DNA of 64,000 nucleotides, from contig CAYXEC010000003.1 of the NCBI GenBank assembly GCA_964463855.1, positions 6,452-70,451 on the forward strand, given 5' to 3'. A program made the position numbers and the translations under genes. The notes beneath the pieces are model-generated. The model was not told the origin of the DNA. It did not search any database and worked only from the letters and a program-made list of their open reading frames with translations. This stretch comes from an uncultured Verrucomicrobiales bacterium (GTDB lineage: Bacteria > Verrucomicrobiota > Verrucomicrobiia > Verrucomicrobiales > Akkermansiaceae). This document shows positions 1-7,444 of this stretch, one piece after another. Position 1 is the first letter of the stretch, and every line of letters starts with the position of its first letter.

Positions 1-1
1 C

Positions 2-280
2 CGGCGTGCTTCCATCGCGAGGTCCTTCGTTGACTGGTCACTCGGGGCGCAGGCTGATCTTGTTCCCCGGCTAGAGAAAATTCCATGCCCCGTGCTCTGG
101 GTCACTGGCGAGCGAGATGAGAGGTTTACCGAACTTGGCCGTGAAGCCGTCACCAAGTTGCCACAGGGCGAGCTCAAGATTGTGGCGAATTGCGGGCACC
201 GTGTGCCTTGGGAAAAACCTGAAGAATTTTCCAAGGCCTGCATTGATTTTCTGGCAATGCACTTGAAAGATAAGCCTTAA
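2..280 (+). CDS. alpha/beta-fold hydrolase, 3' fragment (5' end outside window); probably MenH (SHCHC synthase) judging by position
   Basis: The frame is open from nt 2 to the TAA at 278-280. The translation ...[14 protein letters not shown]...[16 protein letters not shown]... matches the C-terminal catalytic-His region of alpha/beta hydrolases. It ends 17 nt upstream of menB. Confidence 0.7.
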   Translation, partial: RRASIARSFVDWSLGAQADLVPRLEKIPCPVLWVTGERDERFTELGREAVTKLPQGELKIVANCGHRVPWEKPEEFSKACIDFLAMHLKDKP

Positions 281-297
281 CACCTAAAACATTCGCC

Positions 298-1113
298 ATG
301 TGGAAATCAGCACACGACTTTGAAGATGTTCTCTACGAGAAAAGCGAGGATGGCCAGATTGCCAAGATCACCATCAACCGTCCCGAGGTCAGAAACGCAT
401 TCCGGCCCGAGACCACCCAGGAACTACTCAAGTCACTGGACCTCGCTCATGAGGACCCGGAGGTGGGTGTGATTATTCTCACAGGTGCCGGGGACAAGGC
501 TTTTTGCTCCGGAGGGGACCAGAAAGTGCGTGGTCACGCCGGCTACATCGGTGGCGACGGGGTGCCCAGACTCAACATTCTGGACGTGCAGCGCAAGATC
601 CGCAACCTACCCAAGCCGGTGGTGGCCATGGTGGCCGGTTATGCCATCGGTGGTGGTCACGTGTTACATGTGGTCTGCGACCTCAGTATTGCTGCTGATA
701 ACGCCATTTTTGGCCAGACCGGGCCCAAGGTCGGATCCTTCGACGGTGGCCTCGGCTCCAGCTATTTGTCTCGCATTGTCGGTCAGAAAAAGGCGCGTGA
801 AATCTGGTACCTGTGCCGCCAATACAATGCCGGGCAGGCTTTGGAAATGGGGCTGGTTAATACGGTGGTGCCACTCGCCGATCTGGAGAAGGAAACCGTG
901 CAATGGTGCCGTGAGATGCTTGAGCACTCACCCATTGCGCTGCGCTGCCTCAAGGCCGCACTCAATGCCGACTGTGACGGCCAGATGGGTCTGCTCGACC
1001 TGGCTGGAAATGCCACCATGCTCTACTACATGAGCGAGGAGGGCAAGGAGGGCAAAAACGCTTTTCTCGAAAAGCGCAAACCGGACTTCTCCAAGTTTCC
1101 CCGGGTGCCCTAG
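298..1113 (+). CDS. menB: 1,4-dihydroxy-2-naphthoyl-CoA synthase
   Basis: 271 aa crotonase-fold protein with [29 protein letters not shown] and [18 protein letters not shown], typical of MenB. Confidence 0.93.
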   Translation: MWKSAHDFEDVLYEKSEDGQIAKITINRPEVRNAFRPETTQELLKSLDLAHEDPEVGVIILTGAGDKAFCSGGDQKVRGHAGYIGGDGVPRLNILDVQRKIRNLPKPVVAMVAGYAIGGGHVLHVVCDLSIAADNAIFGQTGPKVGSFDGGLGSSYLSRIVGQKKAREIWYLCRQYNAGQALEMGLVNTVVPLADLEKETVQWCREMLEHSPIALRCLKAALNADCDGQMGLLDLAGNATMLYYMSEEGKEGKNAFLEKRKPDFSKFPRVP

Positions 1114-1409
1114 GGGCTGATGCCCGGGACATTCGCTATTCCCAAAAGCAGCAGCGCATCTGGTCCATCGGGCCGGATTTGCTGGATAAAGGGGGCCTTG
1201 AGAAAGGGGCTGAACTGCGCAGATGGATTGACTGGGAAGAGCCCACCCTGCAACTGCCCTTCGCCAGCGGGCAGTAATGGTGCCATCTCCGGCTGCCATG
1301 CGAACCAGCAGGGGGTAATCCCTGTAGCTCAGCAGGCGATGAAATAGGCGGACAACTAGGCTTAAAAAAGGTTGCAAATCGTTGCCAGTAGTGGCTTTGT
1401 GGCGCCGCG

Positions 1410-3290
1410 ATGTCAGAAAACCATGAACGCAAGACGCTCGAGGAGCGTCACCAGATGTCCGACCTGGAACGACTCAGGCACTCCTGTGCGCACGTGCTTG
1501 CCACCGCGGTGCTCAGAATCTGGCCGGATGCCCAGTTGGCCGGTGGCCCGCCTGTGGAGAGTGGTTTCTATTACGACATCGATCTCGATCACCACATTAC
1601 CCCGGACGACTTTGAAAAGATCGAGGCGGAGATGAAGAAGATCGTGAAGGAGAACCAGACCTTTGAAAAGATGGTCGTTTCCCGCGATGAGGCGATGGCC
1701 ATGGCAAAAAGCGGGCGTCTGGGCGGGCTTTCAGAACGCGGCTCGGTGAGCGAGTTCAAGGTTGATTTGCTCAATGATATCCCCGAGAGCGAGGAGATTT
1801 CCATCTACAAGAACGGGGAGTTCTGGGACCTGTGTGCCGGCCCTCATGTCGGCCGCACGGGCAACTGCAAGGCATTCAAGGTCATGAGCGTGGCCAGTGC
1901 CTTCTACAAGGGGGATAACACCCGTCCCCAGCTGCAGCGCATCTACGGCACCTGCTTTAAAAACAAGACGAGCCTGGAAGAGCATCTCGAAAAGCTCGAG
2001 GAGGCCAAAAAGCGTGATCACCGCAAACTCGGCAAGGAACTCGGGCTGTTCCATATCGACGAAGCGGTCGGGCAGGGACTGATCCTGTGGAAGCCAAAAG
2101 GTTCACTCATGCGCCGGGCTCTTCAGGATTTTATTACCGAGGAGCTCGACAAGCAGGGCTACTCCCAAGTGTTTACTCCACACATTGGCAAGCTCGACCT
2201 CTACCGCACCAGCGGACACTTTCCCTATTATCAGGAGAGCCAGTATCCGGCGATTGCCGAGCGCGATGCCTTGCAAAAACTCTCCGAAGAGGGAGCGACA
2301 TGCGCGACCCTGACCAACGGGCTCGAGACCGGCGCGATCGAAGGCTACATGCTCAAGCCGATGAACTGCCCGCATCACATCAAGATTTTCACCAGTGATC
2401 ACCACAGTTATCGTGACCTGCCCGTCAGGCTTGCGGAGTTCGGCACGGTGTATCGCTGGGAGCAGTCTGGGGAGCTCGGTGGCATGACCCGGGTGCGCGG
2501 TTTCACCCAGGATGATGCTCACCTCTTTTGCACGCCAGAGCAGGTGGCAGATGAGGTTCAAAACTGTCTGGCACTCGTCAAGAAGGTGCTTAATACCCTG
2601 GGCATGGATGACTACCGGGTCAGGCTCTCACTACGTGATCCCGATAGTGATAAGTATGTGGGTGACCCTGCGAACTGGGACAAGGCGGAAGATGCCTTGC
2701 GCGCAGCTGTGCAAGTACTGGGTGTGGATTACACCGAGGAGGAAGGGGAGGCCGCCTTCTATGGACCGAAGATTGACTTCGTGGTTAAGGATGTCATTGG
2801 GCGCGACTGGCAGCTGGGAACGGTGCAGGTCGACTACAACCTGCCCGAGCGCTTTGATCTATCCTATGTCGGGGCTGACAACAAGCCGCACCGCCCGGTG
2901 ATGATCCACCGCGCTCCCTTCGGTTCGTTGGAACGCTTTGGAGGTCTTCTCATTGAGCATTTCGAGGGTAAGTTCCCAACATGGTTGTCTCCAGAGCAAG
3001 TGCGCGTGTTGCCCATATCAGAGAAATTTAATGAAGCTGCAGATGCTGCGCTCAAGGCCCTTGCTGATGCTGGCGTGCGCGCAACTTGTGATCGAAACGC
3101 GGACAAGGTGGGAGCCAAAATTCGCCTTGCCAGACTGGATCGTGTACCGTATATGGTAATCATTGGAGCGCGGGAAGCCGAAAGCGGCACCGTCTCTGTC
3201 AGGCACCGTGATCAGGATGATCTGGGTGCAATGTCCATTGATGAATTTGTTTCTAAAATCCAAACGGAAATTGCCAGTCGGTCTTTGTAG
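1410..3290 (+). CDS. thrS: threonine--tRNA ligase
   Basis: 626 aa. Contains SCAHVLA, the PMNCPHH zinc site, the class II motif RVRGFTQDDAHLFC and a C-terminal anticodon-binding domain. Followed by infC, as in many bacteria. Confidence 0.96.
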   Translation: MSENHERKTLEERHQMSDLERLRHSCAHVLATAVLRIWPDAQLAGGPPVESGFYYDIDLDHHITPDDFEKIEAEMKKIVKENQTFEKMVVSRDEAMAMAKSGRLGGLSERGSVSEFKVDLLNDIPESEEISIYKNGEFWDLCAGPHVGRTGNCKAFKVMSVASAFYKGDNTRPQLQRIYGTCFKNKTSLEEHLEKLEEAKKRDHRKLGKELGLFHIDEAVGQGLILWKPKGSLMRRALQDFITEELDKQGYSQVFTPHIGKLDLYRTSGHFPYYQESQYPAIAERDALQKLSEEGATCATLTNGLETGAIEGYMLKPMNCPHHIKIFTSDHHSYRDLPVRLAEFGTVYRWEQSGELGGMTRVRGFTQDDAHLFCTPEQVADEVQNCLALVKKVLNTLGMDDYRVRLSLRDPDSDKYVGDPANWDKAEDALRAAVQVLGVDYTEEEGEAAFYGPKIDFVVKDVIGRDWQLGTVQVDYNLPERFDLSYVGADNKPHRPVMIHRAPFGSLERFGGLLIEHFEGKFPTWLSPEQVRVLPISEKFNEAADAALKALADAGVRATCDRNADKVGAKIRLARLDRVPYMVIIGAREAESGTVSVRHRDQDDLGAMSIDEFVSKIQTEIASRSL

Positions 3291-3413
3291 GCCATTCAAG
3301 TCGGCATCAGTTCGTTGATTGCTTATCCGCATGGATCGTTTCAATGGTATTATTCAATCATCCGCATGTCCATATGACATGAAACGTAACCCGCATGTGA
3401 GTGATACAGCTCA

Positions 3414-4106
3414 GTGTGGCCAGCCAACTTCCCCAACAAAATAGAGGAGAACACCATAGCTAGACCCAATAAAAAACCTATGCGCAGCCGCCGTGACATG
3501 ACTCGTGTCAATGAAAGAATTAGGGCACCCAAAGTGCGTGTTGTCTATGAAGACCAGCAACTTGGCGTGATGAGTTCACGTGAGGCAGTTGAAAAAGCCA
3601 AAGCGGTTGGAATGGATTTAGTAGAAGTGGCCCCCAATGCCAGCCCGCCCGTTTGTCGGGTGTGTGACTATGGCAAATACAAATATGAGCAAAGTAAGCT
3701 CAAAAAGAACAAGGCCAAAAGCGTCTCTCGTGTTAAGGAAATCAAGCTCAGGGTCGGAACTGACAAGCACGACTACAATATCAAGATGGCGCGTGCAGAG
3801 CAGTTCCTTGAGCATGGTAGCAAGGTTCGCGTAAGATTACAGTTCCGTGGGCGGGAAAATGCTCACAAGGAAATTGGTTTTGATGTGCTCAACAAATGTG
3901 CTGTAGATCTCAAGGACATGGCCCATGTTGATCAGGCTCCTCGTTTGGCGGGTCGTGCTGTTAGCATGATGCTTTCCCCGCTTGCCAAGGATAAGCAAAA
4001 GCGTCATTTCCTTCTAAGTCATGGCAATCTGGTTGATCCCGATGATGAGGGCGATGAGCATATCGAGTTTGAAGAAGATGATCACGCTCTGGAGGGGGAG
4101 GAGTGA
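3414..4106 (+). CDS. infC: translation initiation factor IF-3 (start codon uncertain; extra acidic C-terminal tail)
   Basis: RVNERIRAPKVRVV...MDLVEVAPNASPPVCRVCDYGKYKYE...KEIKLRVGTDKHDYNIK is the canonical IF-3 N- and C-domain sequence. The longest ORF starts at GTG 3414, but GAGGAG (3444-3449) followed by in-frame ATA 3456 looks like the real, non-canonical start. Confidence 0.9.
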   Translation: MWPANFPNKIEENTIARPNKKPMRSRRDMTRVNERIRAPKVRVVYEDQQLGVMSSREAVEKAKAVGMDLVEVAPNASPPVCRVCDYGKYKYEQSKLKKNKAKSVSRVKEIKLRVGTDKHDYNIKMARAEQFLEHGSKVRVRLQFRGRENAHKEIGFDVLNKCAVDLKDMAHVDQAPRLAGRAVSMMLSPLAKDKQKRHFLLSHGNLVDPDDEGDEHIEFEEDDHALEGEE

Positions 4107-4144
4107 ACTCATCAGGGCTTGCCGAGTGAGAGTTTTTTGAGCCT

Positions 4145-4807
4145 GTGTCGCGCCTACTCTTATTTGATATAGACTGCACCCTGATCGATACGGGGGGTGC
4201 TGGTATGGCTGCCCTCAAAGAAGCAGCACATGAATTGTTTGGTGCCGAGGGTCCTGAATTGGATCTTGCAGGAAGCACGGACTCAGGGATTGTGCGTGGA
4301 ATGCTCGAGCATTTCGGCAGTGACTTGAAGCTGGAGGATTTCTACCAGGTTTATCTCCAGAGACTATCTCCCAATCTTAAATCGTTTGCCGGCACCATAT
4401 TGCCTGGGGTCACGAGCCTGTTGGATGAGATGGCAAAGTCTGATGCTACTCTGGCATTACTCACGGGGAATATTGCACATGGGGCCAAGGCAAAAATTGA
4501 TCACTACGGGCTCGACGAGTATTTCTCGATACAGGTTGGCGCCTACGGAGACGATCACCATGACAGAAATCTCCTTGGGCCTGTGGCGCTGGAGCGCGCC
4601 AGCTCAATTCATGGATTTGCATTCGAGGCAAAGAACTCGGTAGTCATCGGTGACACCCCCAAGGACATTGCCTGTGGTCAGGCAATGGGAGCCGCGACCC
4701 TGGCGGTTGCCACAGGGCGGTTTTCGGTCGAGGAGCTCAATCGCTGCGGAGCTGATCTGGCCGTGGAAGATCTGTGTGATCCACGAGTCGGATCATTTTT
4801 GAAGTAG
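4145..4807 (+). CDS. HAD-superfamily hydrolase (phosphoglycolate-phosphatase-like)
   Basis: 220 aa. HAD motif I is LFDIDCTLIDTGG. Also has LLTGN and a GDTPKDI motif. Confidence 0.8.
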   Translation: MSRLLLFDIDCTLIDTGGAGMAALKEAAHELFGAEGPELDLAGSTDSGIVRGMLEHFGSDLKLEDFYQVYLQRLSPNLKSFAGTILPGVTSLLDEMAKSDATLALLTGNIAHGAKAKIDHYGLDEYFSIQVGAYGDDHHDRNLLGPVALERASSIHGFAFEAKNSVVIGDTPKDIACGQAMGAATLAVATGRFSVEELNRCGADLAVEDLCDPRVGSFLK

Positions 4808-4834
4808 GCAGCTGCTGCTCCCGGTGCAAATAGA

Positions 4835-4858
4835 AAGGCACGGCGGTTGCCGTGCCTT
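4835..4858. terminator. bidirectional stem-loop between convergent genes
   Basis: Perfect 10-bp stem AAGGCACGGC / GCCGTGCCTT with a 4-nt loop, lying between the HAD stop (4807) and the HMA-protein stop (4881). T-rich runs follow on both strands. Confidence 0.6.
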
Positions 4859-4880
4859 GATCTTTCAGGTTGCAAATGGA

Positions 4881-5213
4881 TTACTTCTCAACCGAAGCCC
4901 CGTAGCCGGCAGCTTTGACCGCTTTGACAAGATCCTCTTCTGAGACGCTGCTTTTGGCGGTGACCACGGCTGAGTCGGGCATACTCACGGATGCACTGGT
5001 AACTCCCTCAACCCCTTCAAGTGCAGACCGCACTTTATTTACACAGCCAACACCTCATGTCATGCCTGTGATTTTAAGGTTTAGAGTTTTCGTCTCCTCA
5101 TCCTCTGCTTTGATATCCACAGGTGTGATGCTTGTTGCCTGTGCTGCATTAACAGCGCCAAGCGGCAGTGCCGCGAGAGCACCGAGTGTTATAAGTGTAT
5201 GAATTGGTTTCAT
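4881..5213 (-). CDS. exported heavy-metal-associated (MerP/CopZ-like) protein with in-frame TGA at the first metal-binding Cys; probable selenoprotein
   Basis: Starts at ATG 5213-5211 with signal peptide MKPIHTLITLGALAALPLGAVNA, then ...TLNLKITGMT-[TGA 5057-5055]-GVGCVNKVRSALEGVEGVTSASVSMPDSAVVTAKSSVSEEDLVKAVKAAGYGASVEK, ending at TAA 4883-4881. The same frame continues as an intact HMA fold for 57 codons after the TGA. Confidence 0.7.
5019..5035 (-). promoter_or_regulatory. candidate bacterial SECIS hairpin
   Basis: On the mRNA this reads AAGUGC-GGUCU-GCACUU: a 6-bp stem whose apical loop begins GGU. The stem starts 19 nt 3' of the UGA. Confidence 0.5.
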
Positions 5214-5366
5214 TTTTATACTCTGGTTTGGATTGTAGGAATCTAATGATTCCCCCTGCATGCGTAATAGAACGCGTACAATATAGCACACCCGGCATCA
5301 TTTCCCATCCTTGATAACGGGAAAATTTTTGATCTGCTGCCGGATTTTTCCGGGCACAGGGGATAT

Positions 5367-6635
5367 TTAGCACTTTTGGGCAATCGCGCACCCGGCCAGG
5401 TGTCCTGTGGTCCAGGCATTCTGAAAATTGAAACCACCTGTAATGCCGTCGATGTTGAGGACTTCACCTGCGAAATAAAGGCCGGGGGTGATTTTGCTCT
5501 GCATGGTCTTCATGTTCACGTCATCGAGTTTAACGCCACCACATGTAACAAACTCATCTTTGTTCATGCTTTTTCCAATCACTTGAAACTTGCCAGAGAC
5601 AAGCTCCCTGGTGAGGTGCTCGCTTTCCTCCCGGCCAAGCTGTGACCAGGTGCATTCATCCGCGATGCCGGCTGCAGTGCACAAACGTCGCCACAGACGT
5701 TTGGGGAAGTGTTCGAATGGGGATCTGCTGCAGACCATACGCTTGCCATGCTTGCGGCGCGCTTCCTTAAGAACTTCGGGCACGTTTTCTTCGGGCAGCC
5801 AATCAATAGTGATACTGCAATGGTAAGCGAGTTCGTTGAGCTCGCGCGCCCCCCAGGCAGAGAGCCTGAGAATACCCGGCCCGCTCAGGCCATGGTGCGT
5901 GATGAGCAAGGGGCCGCTTGCCTTGAGCTTGATGTCATCAAGAGAGACCAGCGCGTTGGCGACACTTACCCCCTGAAGAGAAGCGATGCGCCCATCCTCG
6001 ATGTTAAAGGCAAATAAAGAGGGGACATTGGCAATGAGCTTATGGCCAAGTGCCATGGCCAGACGCGCACCAGAAGCGAGACGGGTTCCTCCCGTGGCCA
6101 GAAGAACACACCGGGTTTTAATGGTTTCTTTGGTATTGGTCCTGAGAGTGAATATCGTACTCTCAGCCGGATCATGAGGGTGATCAGAGGCTACAGAATC
6201 AACCGTGGTTGATGTCTGGATAACAATGCCGGATTTCTGCGCGGAGCCCTGAAGGCAGTCAACTATGGTCTGGGAATTGTCTGTGGTGGGAAACATACGG
6301 CCATCAGCCTCGGTCTTGAGTTCAACACCATGATCCCGGAACCAGTTCACCGTGTCCAAAGCTCCCCAGTGATGAAATGGGCCTATCAACGATTTGCTGC
6401 CACGCGGATAGTGCTCGGTGAGGGTTTTTGCCTCAAAGCATGCATGAGTGACGTTGCAGCGGCCTCCACCAGAAATTTTGACCTTGCCCAGGGTCTGTGC
6501 TGTTTTTTCAAGAATGAGTATGCGCGCTCCGGGAGCCGCCTCCGCACAGCTGATCGCAGCAAAGAAGCCAGCCGCACCGCCGCCTATGACTACCAGGTCC
6601 CAGGGATCAGGCTCAGACATCTTCCTCAAGCTCAA
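5367..6635 (-). CDS. HI0933/YhiN-family FAD-dependent flavoprotein
   Basis: DLVVIGGGAAGFFAA dinucleotide-binding motif, GKVKISGGGRCNVTH and a C-terminal YFAGEVLNIDGITGGFNFQ. The true start is probably the internal Met at 6620 (MSEPDPW). Confidence 0.85.
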   Translation of the reverse strand: MSLRKMSEPDPWDLVVIGGGAAGFFAAISCAEAAPGARILILEKTAQTLGKVKISGGGRCNVTHACFEAKTLTEHYPRGSKSLIGPFHHWGALDTVNWFRDHGVELKTEADGRMFPTTDNSQTIVDCLQGSAQKSGIVIQTSTTVDSVASDHPHDPAESTIFTLRTNTKETIKTRCVLLATGGTRLASGARLAMALGHKLIANVPSLFAFNIEDGRIASLQGVSVANALVSLDDIKLKASGPLLITHHGLSGPGILRLSAWGARELNELAYHCSITIDWLPEENVPEVLKEARRKHGKRMVCSRSPFEHFPKRLWRRLCTAAGIADECTWSQLGREESEHLTRELVSGKFQVIGKSMNKDEFVTCGGVKLDDVNMKTMQSKITPGLYFAGEVLNIDGITGGFNFQNAWTTGHLAGCAIAQKC

Positions 6636-7044
6636 ACTCAGCCCAATCCACGGACTCGTTCAGTGCTGCCACAGAGTCATGAATGAGCAGATCAAGGTCC
6701 GGCTCTTGTCCCTCACAATTGAAGGCAAGCAAGGGACCACCGTGCTCGACCTTAGGCGGGTCTTTGTCGATTGCTGAGAGGCGCACGTAAAACCAGTCGA
6801 GAATACCTTCGCCGGTCTTGGGTAACCACTGCACGATGAGTTCGATCGTGGCTACAGGATCCTCGTCACCGAGTTCACGCTGGGTGGCCATGTCCTGCTC
6901 ATCGCAGTCGATGCCCGCCAAGACCTCCAGGCGGGTGTCATCCTTGTGATCATCCAAGGATGATTCGATTTTCTGATACACGGCCTCCTTGGGGGAAATG
7001 ATCCTCATGTCGGGGAGCCTTGTTGAGGGGGGAGTCTTTGGCAA
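6613..7044 (-). CDS. hypothetical acidic protein
   Basis: 143-aa ORF with coding-like composition and no motif I recognise. An alternative start is MRIIS at 7008. Its 3' end overlaps the flavoprotein gene start. Confidence 0.5.
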   Translation of the reverse strand: MPKTPPSTRLPDMRIISPKEAVYQKIESSLDDHKDDTRLEVLAGIDCDEQDMATQRELGDEDPVATIELIVQWLPKTGEGILDWFYVRLSAIDKDPPKVEHGGPLLAFNCEGQEPDLDLLIHDSVAALNESVDWAEFELEEDV

Positions 7045-7106
7045 GGAGATTGCGCAGGTTCTTTTGCTGGTATTGCTTCTGGTATGGCAGCATTGAAAAT
7101 GCCAAA

Positions 7107-7406
7107 TCAGTCGAGTCGAAATTCCCCATCTTCATCGGAGCCCATCCAGCCCAGCTTGCCAAAGGCCGCCAGAATCATGTTGTTGATTTCATAGCCATCT
7201 TCCTCGGCGTGCTCCACGGTGGCAGAGCTTGTCATGCCCCTGATGGATTCAATGCTTATAACCGTCTGTTTCTCGGGGAAAGTAATCCAGTCCCCCCAGT
7301 CTTTTTTCTCATGCTGGGGATCAAGCTTTTTGCCGCGCAAGGCAATCATCACCTCGGCTATACTTGCCGGGGGTTCCATGTCGGGAAGATGGACGCGTGT
7401 TTCCAT
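7107..7406 (-). CDS. hypothetical acidic protein
   Basis: 99-aa ORF, same strand as its neighbours, no recognisable motif. Confidence 0.45.
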   Translation of the reverse strand: METRVHLPDMEPPASIAEVMIALRGKKLDPQHEKKDWGDWITFPEKQTVISIESIRGMTSSATVEHAEEDGYEINNMILAAFGKLGWMGSDEDGEFRLD

Positions 7407-7444
7407 GAGTCACTTGTAATAGGGTAGTGGGTGACTTGCCAGAT

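Noticed and set aside
485-1033. 182-aa plus-strand ORF overlapping menB in another frame
   Set aside because: The menB frame has unmistakable crotonase motifs. The alternative frame is Arg/Pro/Trp-rich.
1324-1336. tRNA-like string GTAGCTCAGCAGG upstream of thrS
   Set aside because: It resembles a tRNA D-arm, but I could not build the matching GAGC half of the D-stem, an acceptor stem or a T-arm around it. It is not a tRNA. A tRNA-mimic regulatory role for thrS is pure speculation.
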